Origin: Raillietiella orientalis | Taxonomy: Eukaryota | Assembly (NCBI GenBank): GCA_036172245.1 | Contig: JAYWIR010000055.1 | Span: 806,001-870,000 of the forward strand | DNA: 64,000 nucleotides | Reading direction: 5' to 3' | Shown here: one piece after another, positions 37,518 through 48,600 of the stretch | Layout: each line of letters opens with the position of its first letter | Numbering within the stretch: the first letter of the stretch is position 1 | Translations under genes and position numbers: made by a program | Notes under the pieces: generated by a model | Told to the model about the DNA's origin: nothing | The model's input: only the letters and a program-made list of their open reading frames with translations | Database searches by the model: none

Positions 37518-38739
37518 TACAAAAATGGAAGACACCCAGGATGATGACCTGTCTTCAGTGACTCAGCATTGGTCAGCTCTCCGCAGAGAGTCCTCGTTCC
37601 TGACCGAAGATTCGCGTTCCCCGCACCTGCCTCAGTTGGAGTCCACGCACCCCCCGTATCCGGTGATGCCGGCGGTCGTTGCACAGGAGGCTCCAGATGG
37701 CGCCAAAGGGGACATTGTTTCACTCTGCGTTTGCTTCCGGGGTGAGAAAAAAAGAATTTTCCGCTAGGAATCGGATCCCCCCCTGCTAGAAGTAGATGAT
37801 CGCGGGGCGATGGAGGCGGTCGCGGTTTCGTGGTCCGTTGGCGAATCCAGTTCTGGCTGGGACGGCGCTCCTGGAGGGAAGGAGCAGCGCAGAAAATTTC
37901 CTTTTGCCCTGCTCCTTCAGAGCCTCAGCGGAGCAGCAGGCTAGAAAAAGGCACGTTGTGTGGCGTTGCGCCCGATTTCCCGTGCCTACCGCCATCTTTG
38001 AACGAGATGCTCCTTCTCATCTGAAACTGCAAGTGAATCCTTCCCGAGAGCGCACTTCTGACGGAACGGAGCGGCAGCTTCCATGATCGATTGAGACAGA
38101 CTCGGGATGCTAGCGGTAGCTATCCTTCTTTTCCAGCCGCAGAGAACACACGTACTCTCTCGTTCCTTGGCAACCGAGAGCGAGTAACGCTGACAGCATT
38201 TCGCAAATCTCCTGACTCTTTTCCACCAACCGTGCACTCGCGTTATGAGAGTCCACCTAACGTCTGCAGTCATTCATGGGCGCCGCCATTAGCCATGTCA
38301 CACGCAGTTTCTCCGTCTTAAGTGGGAGAGTACTTTCGCTGGCATCTCCCAAAGGGCTCACATATGAGATGGATTCGGACGCTGAGCCGATGTCAGCTGA
38401 TGCATGCATGGCAGCAAAATGCGATTTGCCATGGAGCACGCGCGTCCCCCTCCCTTCCGCCTTCCTTTTTTTTTGTGTTTTTCTGAGTGAAGACGTCAGC
38501 TTCATGCATTCGCGGTTTGCCTGAAAGCTCATGGCAGCACTTTGCGGTGATTCCAACGACCTTCCCTGCACGTTCCCTCCTCGAAACGGATTCTTCCGCG
38601 CCATTCCAGCCGTCACGCAACGACCATTCCGGTTCCCCGAATCGGATCTCTTGCAGCCTCACAATCCCGATAACTCCGGAGGAGGAGGCCCGCTTTCGCT
38701 ATCTGCGGGATCTCCTCGACGCCTTCCGACTTGTCTTCC

Positions 38740-39400
38740 CGGAAGATCTGATTGCGGACGAACCCGGGACAGTGGATGTTCCCGATGTGCGTATTCCTGG
38801 AGGAGCACAGAGGGCATGCGCGGAGCAGCTGCCTCCTCACGCCGTTCGCTTGTTCCCTCCGGTGTTCGTCAGCATCCTCGGTGTGCCTGCCTCCTCCCGA
38901 TGGATTCCAAGATCCTGAGGATTTCACGACGGTCCTCCTGGTTTCAGCGCTGATAGGCTCCCAGGAGGCACCGATTGGAAAATGCCATCCCCCCATCGCC
39001 TTCAGAGTGACCCCTTTGACCTGCTCCGCCGTCTCGCCGCGATGCTCTGAGGTCTGGTTCGGCGACCGGTGCGACGATCGAGGATGCCTGCAAGGATGCC
39101 GCTCCGTTTCAGTTTGGGATCCTCACATCCGTACCCTTCGAGGATGTACCTTCCTTGGCTTGAATTTCAAATGTACGGGGAGCATCCCGAACCCTGATGG
39201 GGAGATGGGGCCGATTATCTCTTGTCGCGTGTTAGGGCGCTCTCAAAAGACCAGACCCTATCCAGGAAAGGAACTGCTCGTTCTCTTGGGTCCAACTACG
39301 AGCTTCAAGAACTTTTTTGAAGGTGCTCTCCAGAAGTCCGAGATGCAGTCCTTCCTCCAGCGAAGCCTGGATTCGCTTTCGGAAGCGTCGTCTGTCTTCC
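38740..39400 (+). mobile_element. Decayed LINE RT/thumb fragment
   Basis: GGAQRACAEQLPP (cf. GVRQGCPLSP) and FLGLNF...PYPGKELLV (cf. YLG...LSxxGR.LL) occur in the expected order. Confidence 0.33.
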
Positions 39401-40925
39401 CATAGCACCAGGTTGGCTGATCTGCCGGATGCTGCAGAGCACCTTCCCGCTGCTACAAGCTCGCCTGACCCAAGGACGACGGTCTGAGCAGCTGAGCAGC
39501 TCGCCGCTGCCTTTGTCTCCCCTTCCTTTGGGCATGCGAGTGGTCCGGAGCATGGGGACCCTGAGGTTTTAGTGGGACAGCGAAGGAACCGAAATTGCGG
39601 GCCACTCCCGAGGCAACTCCCTTGCCCCGGTCTCAATTCGATCTCATCCGCTGGTGAGCGGGAGAAAAAAGAATACCCCCCCCCCCCTTGGCATTCCCTC
39701 AGACAGACCAAGGAACCGAAGGGACGCTTCGGATGTCCGAATGCGTAGGACAGCGGGGCGACACGGCAGTCGCAGAACGCCTGAAAGATTCACTAGTCCT
39801 ATACTTCCTCATTCCCGAATTCTTCCTCATCGTGCTGGGATGCCGGTCCTGCCATTTCCGAATCCAAGGAAACCCTCGTCCTCTTCAGTGCAGGGTCAGA
39901 GGCCTGCTGGTCCGAAACCAAAGGGTAACGGAGCCCATCGAAAGGGAAGGGATGGAAGGCCTCAGGGGACAGCCGGCAAATACCTGGATACGTGATGAAT
40001 AAGGATCAGACAACGCCATGAAGGCGGGGGTGATTCTCACGAGGACCTTAACAGGGAGGTGACTGGAAAGGAAAAGCTGGGGATGCCATCACCGGCTGGC
40101 GCAAAGTCTGGCGGCTATTGTCCCGAGCTTTCGTCCCACGTCCCCATTTCGGTCACACTGCTGTGTGCTCCAGCTTGAGGACTGGGGGTAGCTTACTTAA
40201 ATGGGGGCCTCTTCTCCTCTCTCCTTCCCCCCTTCGGAGGTCGCCGCCGGTAGCATACAGCAGAAAATGGGTCAGAAAGTCCGAGGAAGCGAACTGGACG
40301 GGTCCTGAGGGTAGTCGGGAGCGTTCCTGAGATCCGGCACTGCTGCTTCCTGGAACGTTCCGGAAGCAAGTGCGGGAGGGTTGCTATAGTTGCACAGCGA
40401 GGGCAAATTTTTCGGAGGCCCTCCCTCGCGGAGGCGTGGCGGCCTCCCTGATTGCGAGCTGCCTCTGCCTCATGCAAAGTGGCACACACGAAGGGAGGGA
40501 GGGGACGACCCCAACTTCGCTGCCTTCGCAGCTTCGGGGAAAGGGGATCGCCGAGGCTCCTCTCGGGCCGTCGGGAGAGCGCGTCACGTGACCGGAGCCG
40601 GTCCACTCGCGTGGAGCTGCCGCGACTTCCTTTATTGGGAAGCCTTGCCGACTCGAAAAGCGGGACCGCTGGAGCGGGAACGATCAAAATGGGGGCGGGA
40701 GCGAGGGCGCGGGAAATTTGCAGGGATGCGGGAGCGAGGCAAACGAGGCCGGTGATCACGTAAAGACCGCGTAACCCTGCAGCAACGAAGAAGAAAGAAC
40801 CAAAGATGGCTATTGCAGCGCAGGATTCAAATGCTCGATGATTTCGGTAACGACAAAATGAGAGGATGGCGGTAAAAAGTAGGGAAATGGGCGCATGGGA
40901 AATTCTCTTTTTTCCTTTTTGCCAT

Positions 40926-40953
40926 AATAATAATAATAATTATTATTATTATT
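40926..40953. repeat. 28-bp perfect palindrome (AAT)n/(ATT)n
   Basis: AATAATAATAATAA|TTATTATTATTATT seen directly. Confidence 0.9.
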
Positions 40954-41129
40954 TTAAAAAAAGGATGCTGTGCTTAACGGAACGCCTGATCTCAAGAGAA
41001 GGACAGCGTTGGACTGGGTTCAAGTTCTACGGAAGATGGTATAGAGACGTTTAAAGGGGGGAGGGGATCAAGAAAAGCTGACTCAATCTGGCATGGAAGG
41101 ATCATCAGGAGAAGAGGACGAATGGAAAG

Positions 41130-41410
41130 TATTCCTGGAAGAACGGACATTATTATTATTGAAGATTTAAATGCACGTTCCTTCTTTATTTTATTGAAGG
41201 GATGCCGACGAACGAGCGTTATCCTGCTTCGGATATTTGCCCCAGGGAAATCTATTTGTGGATTGTGGATGCGATGAGCAATGTGAGGGGGAGGCGTTTA
41301 TTATGTATGAGACAGGTGAGGGAAAGGGTTACGGATGGCGGTGCGAGAGAGAGAGCAGGATGGGTCAGGGTCTGTAAGGGTGGAGGCAAAGTGGTTAATG
41401 GATTGCCATC
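41130..41410 (+). mobile_element. Decayed APE endonuclease fragment of a different (CR1/L2/RTE-like) LINE
   Basis: DIIIIEDLNAR (IIxGDFNAR), NVRGRRLL (NxNGxxLL) and W..V..GG.VV (WT..G.SVID) occur in order. Confidence 0.45.
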
Positions 41411-41829
41411 GCAGCCATCCGTTCGCGTACGGGGAGGTGGAAACGGCAAAAACGCACGATCGGATGAGGGCTGCGCTTGACTCGAGGGAATGTCATGAGC
41501 CAGGAAACCTGGACTCAGCTCAGGGGCCTAGCGAGGTCCAGGAGTCCCCGACCCTGTCGGAGATTCTCCAGCTTTCTCTCCATGACCGACGTCCAGCGGT
41601 CTCAAACTCGCGCTGCGTCTCCTCCATGCTAGCAGAACTGCAACGGGCGTCGAGGGAATGATATTCTATCCACCAACACTTGACGAAGACAGAGTGACTC
41701 GTACTCAGATGCTGGAGCCAGCTGTTGCGAGCGGCAACCCTTCCGTGCTACGGTGCCTCCCTACTTGGGAAAGGCTCACTTGTTAAAACTTGCCGCCAGT
41801 GCAGCTGCTGTCGAACGCCGAGACGAGAA

Positions 41830-42200
41830 CTTCATCTCCCCATACGGGGGGAGAGACATCGTGAAGGAAGAGCCGGCTTGGCCGCTGTCTGCACCAAGTG
41901 CGACGAGCGTCTTCAGCGAGAAGAGCTCAGAGCCGTGGCAACTGTTAGTCTTCGGTGCATCCACAGGGAAGAGCTTCCTGTAGAAGTTCGCCCCAAGCAA
42001 AGAGGGCAGGAGAGCGAGCGGTTGATTCCGACGAGGTCGCTGCCTCTGGAAAGGAAGGAACCTGCGAGTGCCGCGGAGGTGCCATCAGCCCGAAATCCGG
42101 TCGCCGTGCTTCAGATGAGCATCGCGCTCCGCAGGGTCCGAGACTTCCACTGAAAGTCCTCTCAAATTTTCAGATCCTCATCGGACACGCTGGCTTCCCC
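41830..42200 (+). mobile_element. Decayed LINE RT N-terminal fragment
   Basis: LPVEVRPKQRG (I..xQxGF) and VAVLQMSIALRRV.DFH (LDxxKAFDRVxH). Confidence 0.42.
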
Positions 42201-43599
42201 CCGTGCGATGCTCATGACCGACCCATGGCAGCACCTTCTTCGATCCCTGCAAGCGATGCTTCGTCCCTGAACCGCAACCGCGAGAAGGAAAAAAGGAACC
42301 AAAGATCTTGATGGCGCGGAGCAAAGGAAGCCTCGAAAGGAAACGGAGGGAGAGTGCACCAGCTTCCACGGACTCACGTGCAAGCTTTATCGCGAACCAA
42401 GAAGATAGTAGCAGTAGAAAACCTCGTGAGCAGTTCCTGTCAATTAGGAGGAGCGCAACTTTTCGAAAGGAACTGATGGAACAGCCACATCAGAGCGAGG
42501 CATCCCATCTAAAGCACTTTGCAGAAACCGAGGCGCGACAGGATGAGGGAGTTACGGACGCTGAAGATCGGAGAGTCCCGATGCAATACACGTTGCCTAA
42601 ATAATGATTGTTGCCTAAGAGACATTCTTCAGTCGGCTCCACGTTCCTCTCTTCTTCTGCACTTCTTCCGACTGCAATCTCATGGGTTCGTTTTTTTTTT
42701 TTTTTTCTGCTGCTTGCAAAAGCATTGGTTGAAGCGACCACAGGGGAACCCGGAACTTTGCGCCAGACGATGAGATCCCGCTCTGATCGGATCTCGCTGA
42801 AAAAGATCTGGAGTTTCTTTTCCGAAAAAATATTGCAATTTCCTGCTCCTCTCTCCGCCACATGCGGCGCCAGAAACTCATCTTTCAGTGACCAGGCAAC
42901 GAGAGGCCGCACTCCATGATGCACGCTGCTTCCTCGCTTCCCGCTGCTGAGGTCACCCACGTTCCCAGCAACGACCGTTTCTCTGGAACAAGCCGTTGTG
43001 GGTATGTCGTTACAGCAGCAGGGAAGTGCAAGTCTCAGAGCAGCCGGCAGAACGACGGATCCATGAGCGCCCCAGCGCGTTTCTTCAGCCGGAGCGCACT
43101 CTCAATTTTCGAGCTTTCAGGGAACCGAACTCGGAGGGCTGTCAAGCAGGAAAAAAACGGGAAAAGGGACACAAAAAGCATGGAAAACGCAGCGTCAGGG
43201 TTCTCCAGAGAGGGTCAGGAATCCCCGAATCGAATGGGTGGTCCCAGAACTTTCTCTTCCTGACCGACATCTAGTGGTCGCCATTCCGCGGTGCGTCCAC
43301 GGTGCGTCTTCAGCTCGCTGCGAGGAGCGGGTCTGGCGAGTCCGACAGGTCCCCGCGACTAAAACCGACCGAAGAAAAAAGATGAGAAGTGCGGTAGGAC
43401 GTTGTCCCTTCTCTCGTCTCTATTGGTTTTCCATCCACGAGTAACTTCCTCCTCACGTCGTTCGTTTCCGTCTCCATGGAGGTTGACCTGTTGGTCAGCA
43501 ACTGTTCTCCAGAGGTGCCCACACCCCAGTAGGAGGCACCTCCTCCTTCTTCCTTGTCTAACGATTGCTCTTGCGCGTCCGGGAGGGAAGCGCCCGACA

Positions 43600-44330
43600 C
43601 GAGAGAGCTTTGCGCGCGGATGTCTTCTGCGAATGGGAGGTTGCCCAAAGCTGGAAACGGATGCGACTTAGGGAGGCCTCACGGATGACGGCTACCTCGA
43701 CTCCCGGTTGCTCCGGAGCGTTTACAGAAGTGACAGAAACGGGCCTCTTGTAAATCCGTCTCCTGTTTGGATGAAGAATCCGGGTAGGATGTTTGCTGCC
43801 ATCGAAATCCACCTTTCCCAAGGGTTCCTTTTTCGGTTCCTCTTCTGAATGCAAGGGATAACCCGCCCTTAACAACTGAATCTTCATCAGTCTGTCACCA
43901 TGCCGGCAAACTGAACAGCTTCACTTGCACTTGCTGATGGCGCTTAGCTGGCTCAAGCGGATCCGACTATGGTTTCGCACGGCGACGCAATGATGGCTCT
44001 TCTTCCACTTCTGTGTAGTCAGCCCCCACCACCAGGGCGGCGTGAATGGCCGCGACGAGTTGCCCGAACCTTCAGCCGGATCTGTGTTGCCTTCTGCAAA
44101 GCTTGGAGGCTATGTGAAGATGACTGATGCTGCGAGCACTAAACGGACGATCAATAATGCATTTGCTCCTTTCAGCAGCTTCTTCATTCTTCCGCAGAAC
44201 GAAGAAGAACGAAGAAAAATAGCCCGGTCGTATGCTAACTGGAATGCTTCCCCGGCATCCAGAAACTTTTTTGAAATTCGAGCTAATAGCCCATTACGGA
44301 TTCGGAACACCGGGAGGACTTGGAGGGGCA
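43600..44330 (-). mobile_element. Possible Penelope-like element relic (RT C-terminus, linker, degenerate GIY-YIG)
   Basis: In order: KKFLD..FQLAY (pre-YVDD region), SVIFT (IKFT), KIQLLRAGYP (the L..NGYP hallmark of PLEs), then IRFQL..SQKTSAR (cf. VY...YIGKTxR). Confidence 0.4.
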
Positions 44331-45473
44331 AGGCGGTTGCTGGGGAGGAGGGAAAGGGGTGCAGCGGAGGTTGGGAAGAAGCAGAAAAGGAGATGAAGCA
44401 GTAAGAGGGAGGGCAGGGAAGGAATAGGGATCAACTATATGCCGACTGGGGGCCTAAACGCAGTTCCATCCGCCTGCATCTGGATGCAGATGCGTTCGTG
44501 CTCCTCCTTTATCGCGTTCTGCAGATCATGCCGCCTCGGGGCCACAACCCTTCGCTCCTTTATTCACGTATTTCTTCCACTGGTTGGTTAACTTCATCTT
44601 GACCTCCATGGCATCTGTGCGCACCCGACCTGCGAGTCGGTGGCGAAACCGAGGGAGATCAAGGAAGGGTCCTTGATCTCCCAGCGTCGTGTAGGAACGG
44701 CCTTTCCACTTTGCACGTCTGTCATTGTGAGGGAAACTGCAGGGCGAGTTGCGGACCCTCCAGTGTTGAGCCTGGGGAAGCCCGGCGCTCCCTCACGGTG
44801 AACTTTCATCCGTCGTCCCCGTCCCAAGAGGATGACCCGGCGCATCTGGAAGGCACACGAAACGCCAGCTGAGAACCCAGGCGGCCATTTCGAGCTGTCC
44901 TGCGCACGGAGCGCGCACCTTGCGCGCACGCATGCGCGGCCACGTGCACACCGTCACAGCCGCAACGGGAAGAAATCCCTGGAATGCTTTCCCAGGCTTG
45001 GCAGCTTGTGTCTCTCACCCGTGCTGCTTACCCACTGGCCCCAAGGCGGTATCCACCCCAAGCCCGTGGCGCTGTACTGAGCCTCCTGCGAGCCCTCAAA
45101 GAATGCGCCACTCCTCTCGCGTTCGCGGCGGCCCATCTTCAAGCGCCCTCCGGGCACGTGGGCTGCCGGCGAGGAGCCTGTAGCCAGGTTACTGTAGGAA
45201 CTCCTTATGGCTTCTCGGCAATCTCTCTCCTTCAATCTCTGTGACTTCTGATGATGGAAGTCCTTCGAGATTCTTCTGTTTTCTATGCTTTCCTTCCAGC
45301 GTTTTGTTTTTTTGGCTCTCAAGGAGTTTCGTCCGCCTTCTTGGGGAGAATTCACGGAACTCTTTCACACTTTGAGTGCTATGGACGCATCCATGCGTCT
45401 GGCAAGTGTTTCTACCTTACACTCGCGACATGAGTCAACACCATCCATGTCTGAGATGGGCGCATACACTCAC

Positions 45474-45648
45474 GTTCCTATGATTCCCTTAGCAACGGCA
45501 GTAAACAAAATTCTATTTATATCGGCTGACTGTTGTTCTCGGTGTCGTGTAGAATTTATCACATTGGTTCTTGTCTCTGTGATACGTCGAAAATGTGAGC
45601 GAATCATTGATTTTTTCGAATTATAATTTGTAAATAAATAATATGCGT
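45474..45648 (-). other. Candidate exon in an isolated AT-rich island
   Basis: Acceptor ttttcatttttccCAG| at 45649 and donor AAC|GTGAGT at 45473. One frame is open throughout (..AYYLFTNYNSKKSMIRSHFRR...SADINRILFTAVAKGIIG); ATG at 45607. Confidence 0.4.
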
Positions 45649-48600
45649 CTGGGAAAAATGAAAATGTATATTTTTTTCATTCGGTGTAAATAAACAATTA
45701 CAATAACAACTTTAATCGGCACTTCATAAAGTCAATCGACAGAGCACGCGGTGCGCGAAAAGGCCCCCCCCCGCCCAACTGCGACTCGCGTGCCGTCAAC
45801 ACGTCAACGTCCCTTTCAATCTGATGAGTCCGCACCCGAAGGGTCGACACTGCTCACGCCACCCGAGGGTGTGTGTACCTTCAAGTTATACAGGGTCGCC
45901 TCGGAGGAACCACCCTATCAATCCAGGAAGGCTCCGGAGGAAGGAGCTCGTTCCTCTTACTCTTGGTAGCGAACCCCAGAGGGAACCCTCGCCTTGGCTG
46001 ACTCTGGAGGGAACCCTTGTTTCCTCCTCCTTTGAAGAGAACCTCAAAGGGAGGACTCCGAATTTCTCTAAGGGGCGCGCTTCCCGAAGGGAGCAGCGCG
46101 CCCTGACACTCTGGAGAGGCAACTCCTGAGGGGGCATCAAACCAGCTCCACGGTACGCGATGGAGGGTTCCTCCAAGGGAGGGGGGAAAAGGGGATGGCC
46201 TCATTTCTACAAGAGGAGGAGAACTCCGAAGGAAAGTGGCTCCTTGATTCCTGGAAGAACCCCGGAGGGCCAAGAAGACACAGAGATCCACGATACAGGA
46301 TGCATTCCGGAGCGACCCGGCCTCCATCCGGTCCGTGGGCCTTGTCGGAAGGAAGCCTTCTGTCCTCTCCGATAGAGACGCTCCATTTCCGCTTCGATTC
46401 TGGGAGGCTCCCGCGAAGGTCATCCGGGTCTCCTCCCTGCCCCACCTCGAAGTTGTGACGTTTGGTTCTACGGGGGTCTTCGTGTTCGATCCGCGTCCAG
46501 TCTCCTGATTTTTGCCCCGAGGCTCGCGCGTCCTGACTCCTTCCGGCAGTACACGCTCGGACACTGCACGTGGCCATCGCGGGCGACATGTCGCGCGCGA
46601 TGCTCCACCCACCGCGCGAGCGCGGTTTCTCATTCCCCCTGCTCCCGGCTCCCCGTCCGCTGGAGGGAAAAATCTATGGTTTCGCAACTACAAACGCCAC
46701 ACGGCCCCACTTGGAGACGGGTCCGTCCCCGTTGCTTCTTCACTGAACGACTGGTGAAGAAGCCGTCGATTGCCACAGGCAGAGGTCGTTTCCAGGAAGC
46801 TCCCGCTCCCTGCCAACGGCTTTCCTGTTCAGCGCTGTTAGCGACTAGGGCGCGAGGGCTCACCTGCGTCGTCCGCCTTATGCAGGGAGCGCTTGGTGAA
46901 CTCCGACGGCATATCCTCCTCCCCAGAGAGGGCATCCAGCCTGAGGGGATCACGGAAGGCGTCCGTGGCGTTCCCATACGGAGCCATCCATCTTCGCTCC
47001 CTGGAACTGACGTGGCGGGACTTGACCGACGATCCCATTACGTCATCCCGTGAGAAACTCCGAAGGAAGGCTTCTTCGATCGCTCCTGCCTGGCTGACTT
47101 TTATTGTCCCTCCCCGGCCCCCTGCTTCGTGACCTCCCCCTCCTCGAGAGGTTGTCGACTCTCCCCCCTTCCCCTTCCAATCCCCTCCCGGAAACCGCGC
47201 AGTGATCCGGGGTTCGAATCTTAGGCAGACCCCGTGCGACGGTCCTCCCCTGCCGGGCACCGCGCGGGCGCAGAAGAGAAAGGTGGTGCGGTGCATCCCA
47301 ACGGAGGCCTCCCGACGCAGGGGATGGGTGGAGTGGGGGATAGTTCCCCCGCTTTAGAGGGCCTCTGCACGTCTTTTTCGGGTGACAGAAGCGAATGCGA
47401 TCGGCACGCGATCGGAGCTTTCCGCCTTCCGCGCTTCGTGGAGACGCTTGCACAGGGAGCGGGGAGGAAGGGGAGGGGACTTTGAGTTCGTCGAGAGTCG
47501 CCCGCCCTCGATCGCGAGTCGGTTTCGGAGGCGCCTCTACCAGTAGTGCGCCAAAGAGAGGAACATTCCGCAGCTCCCTCCGTCTCTTCTTCCTACGACC
47601 TCATCCCGCTGCGCCAGAATCCCGCGGTTTGGCGTGCGGGGACTCACCAGGTTAGTCGGCTTCCCCGCGGTTTGGCAGACCCCTCGCGCGCTTGCGCCGC
47701 TGCCAGGCCGCCCTCAGCCTTCCTCCCGAGTTTCACCCTCCGGAGCGTAACGATGCCTCCGATGCGGAGAGCCTCGGGATGGGAAGTGGGGTACCGGGAA
47801 GCAGCCTTCCGGTCGCGGGAGGGAGGAGTGGCTCCGGGGAGCAGAGGGACAGCTCCGGACCGGAAGGAGGAGGGGCGCCGGGGAGAGAGCGGCGGCAGCG
47901 GCAGGGAGGAAGAGACCTGCCCAGCGAGCGACCCGCGCTCCGTACTCGCTCGTCTCGAGGTCGAAGGTCGGGGAGCTTGGAGATATCTTTTCCCAGGAGG
48001 GGCATCGAGTCAGCTGGCGTTCGTGAACTCCTTCGAGAGCCACCAGTTCCCAGGAGCAAAGGGCAGGGGATCCAGTGATGCTGTGGCAGCGGAGCACGGA
48101 TCGAAGGCCGGTTCCGCTTCCTGACCAACAGCTCAAATTAGCCGAGCTGCTTCCGTTCCGTGACGGGACTCCCGAGCCTGGGGACGTGCCTCGTGGGGCT
48201 GCTTCTCACAAGCACCGGGCGCCTCTGCAACGGGTGCCGGCTCTTGCGCCTTGATTAGCCTCCAATGCGGTCGGCGAACCGGTTGATGATGAGGCTCCCT
48301 GATTGTGATGACCAACACTGGCTGGGGCTGCCCGCGGGTATTTCCTCGAAGGAGGACCGAAGTGGGAGCCTGCCAGTTTTTCCGGGAGTAAAGTCCGGGT
48401 GGTCGCTTTATGGGGTTGGAGCCACTTGAGCGAAGGTCGAGAGCCGCTTCTTCCGCGTGTCTCTCTCCATGCCCCGCTTGGCTTCCGCTTCCGGACCTCG
48501 GCCTAGGTGGGCACGGCAGCGAGGCTAAGGAGGAGGTCGTCGCCGCCAGGGGCGTCAGCCACTGGAGAACCCGTTTTGAGCAAAAGAGCGCATTTTGGTG

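Noticed and set aside
45821..45880. CTGATGAG followed by a hairpin, hammerhead-like
   Set aside because: The conserved GAAA after stem II is absent (GACAC) and stems I and III are not evident.
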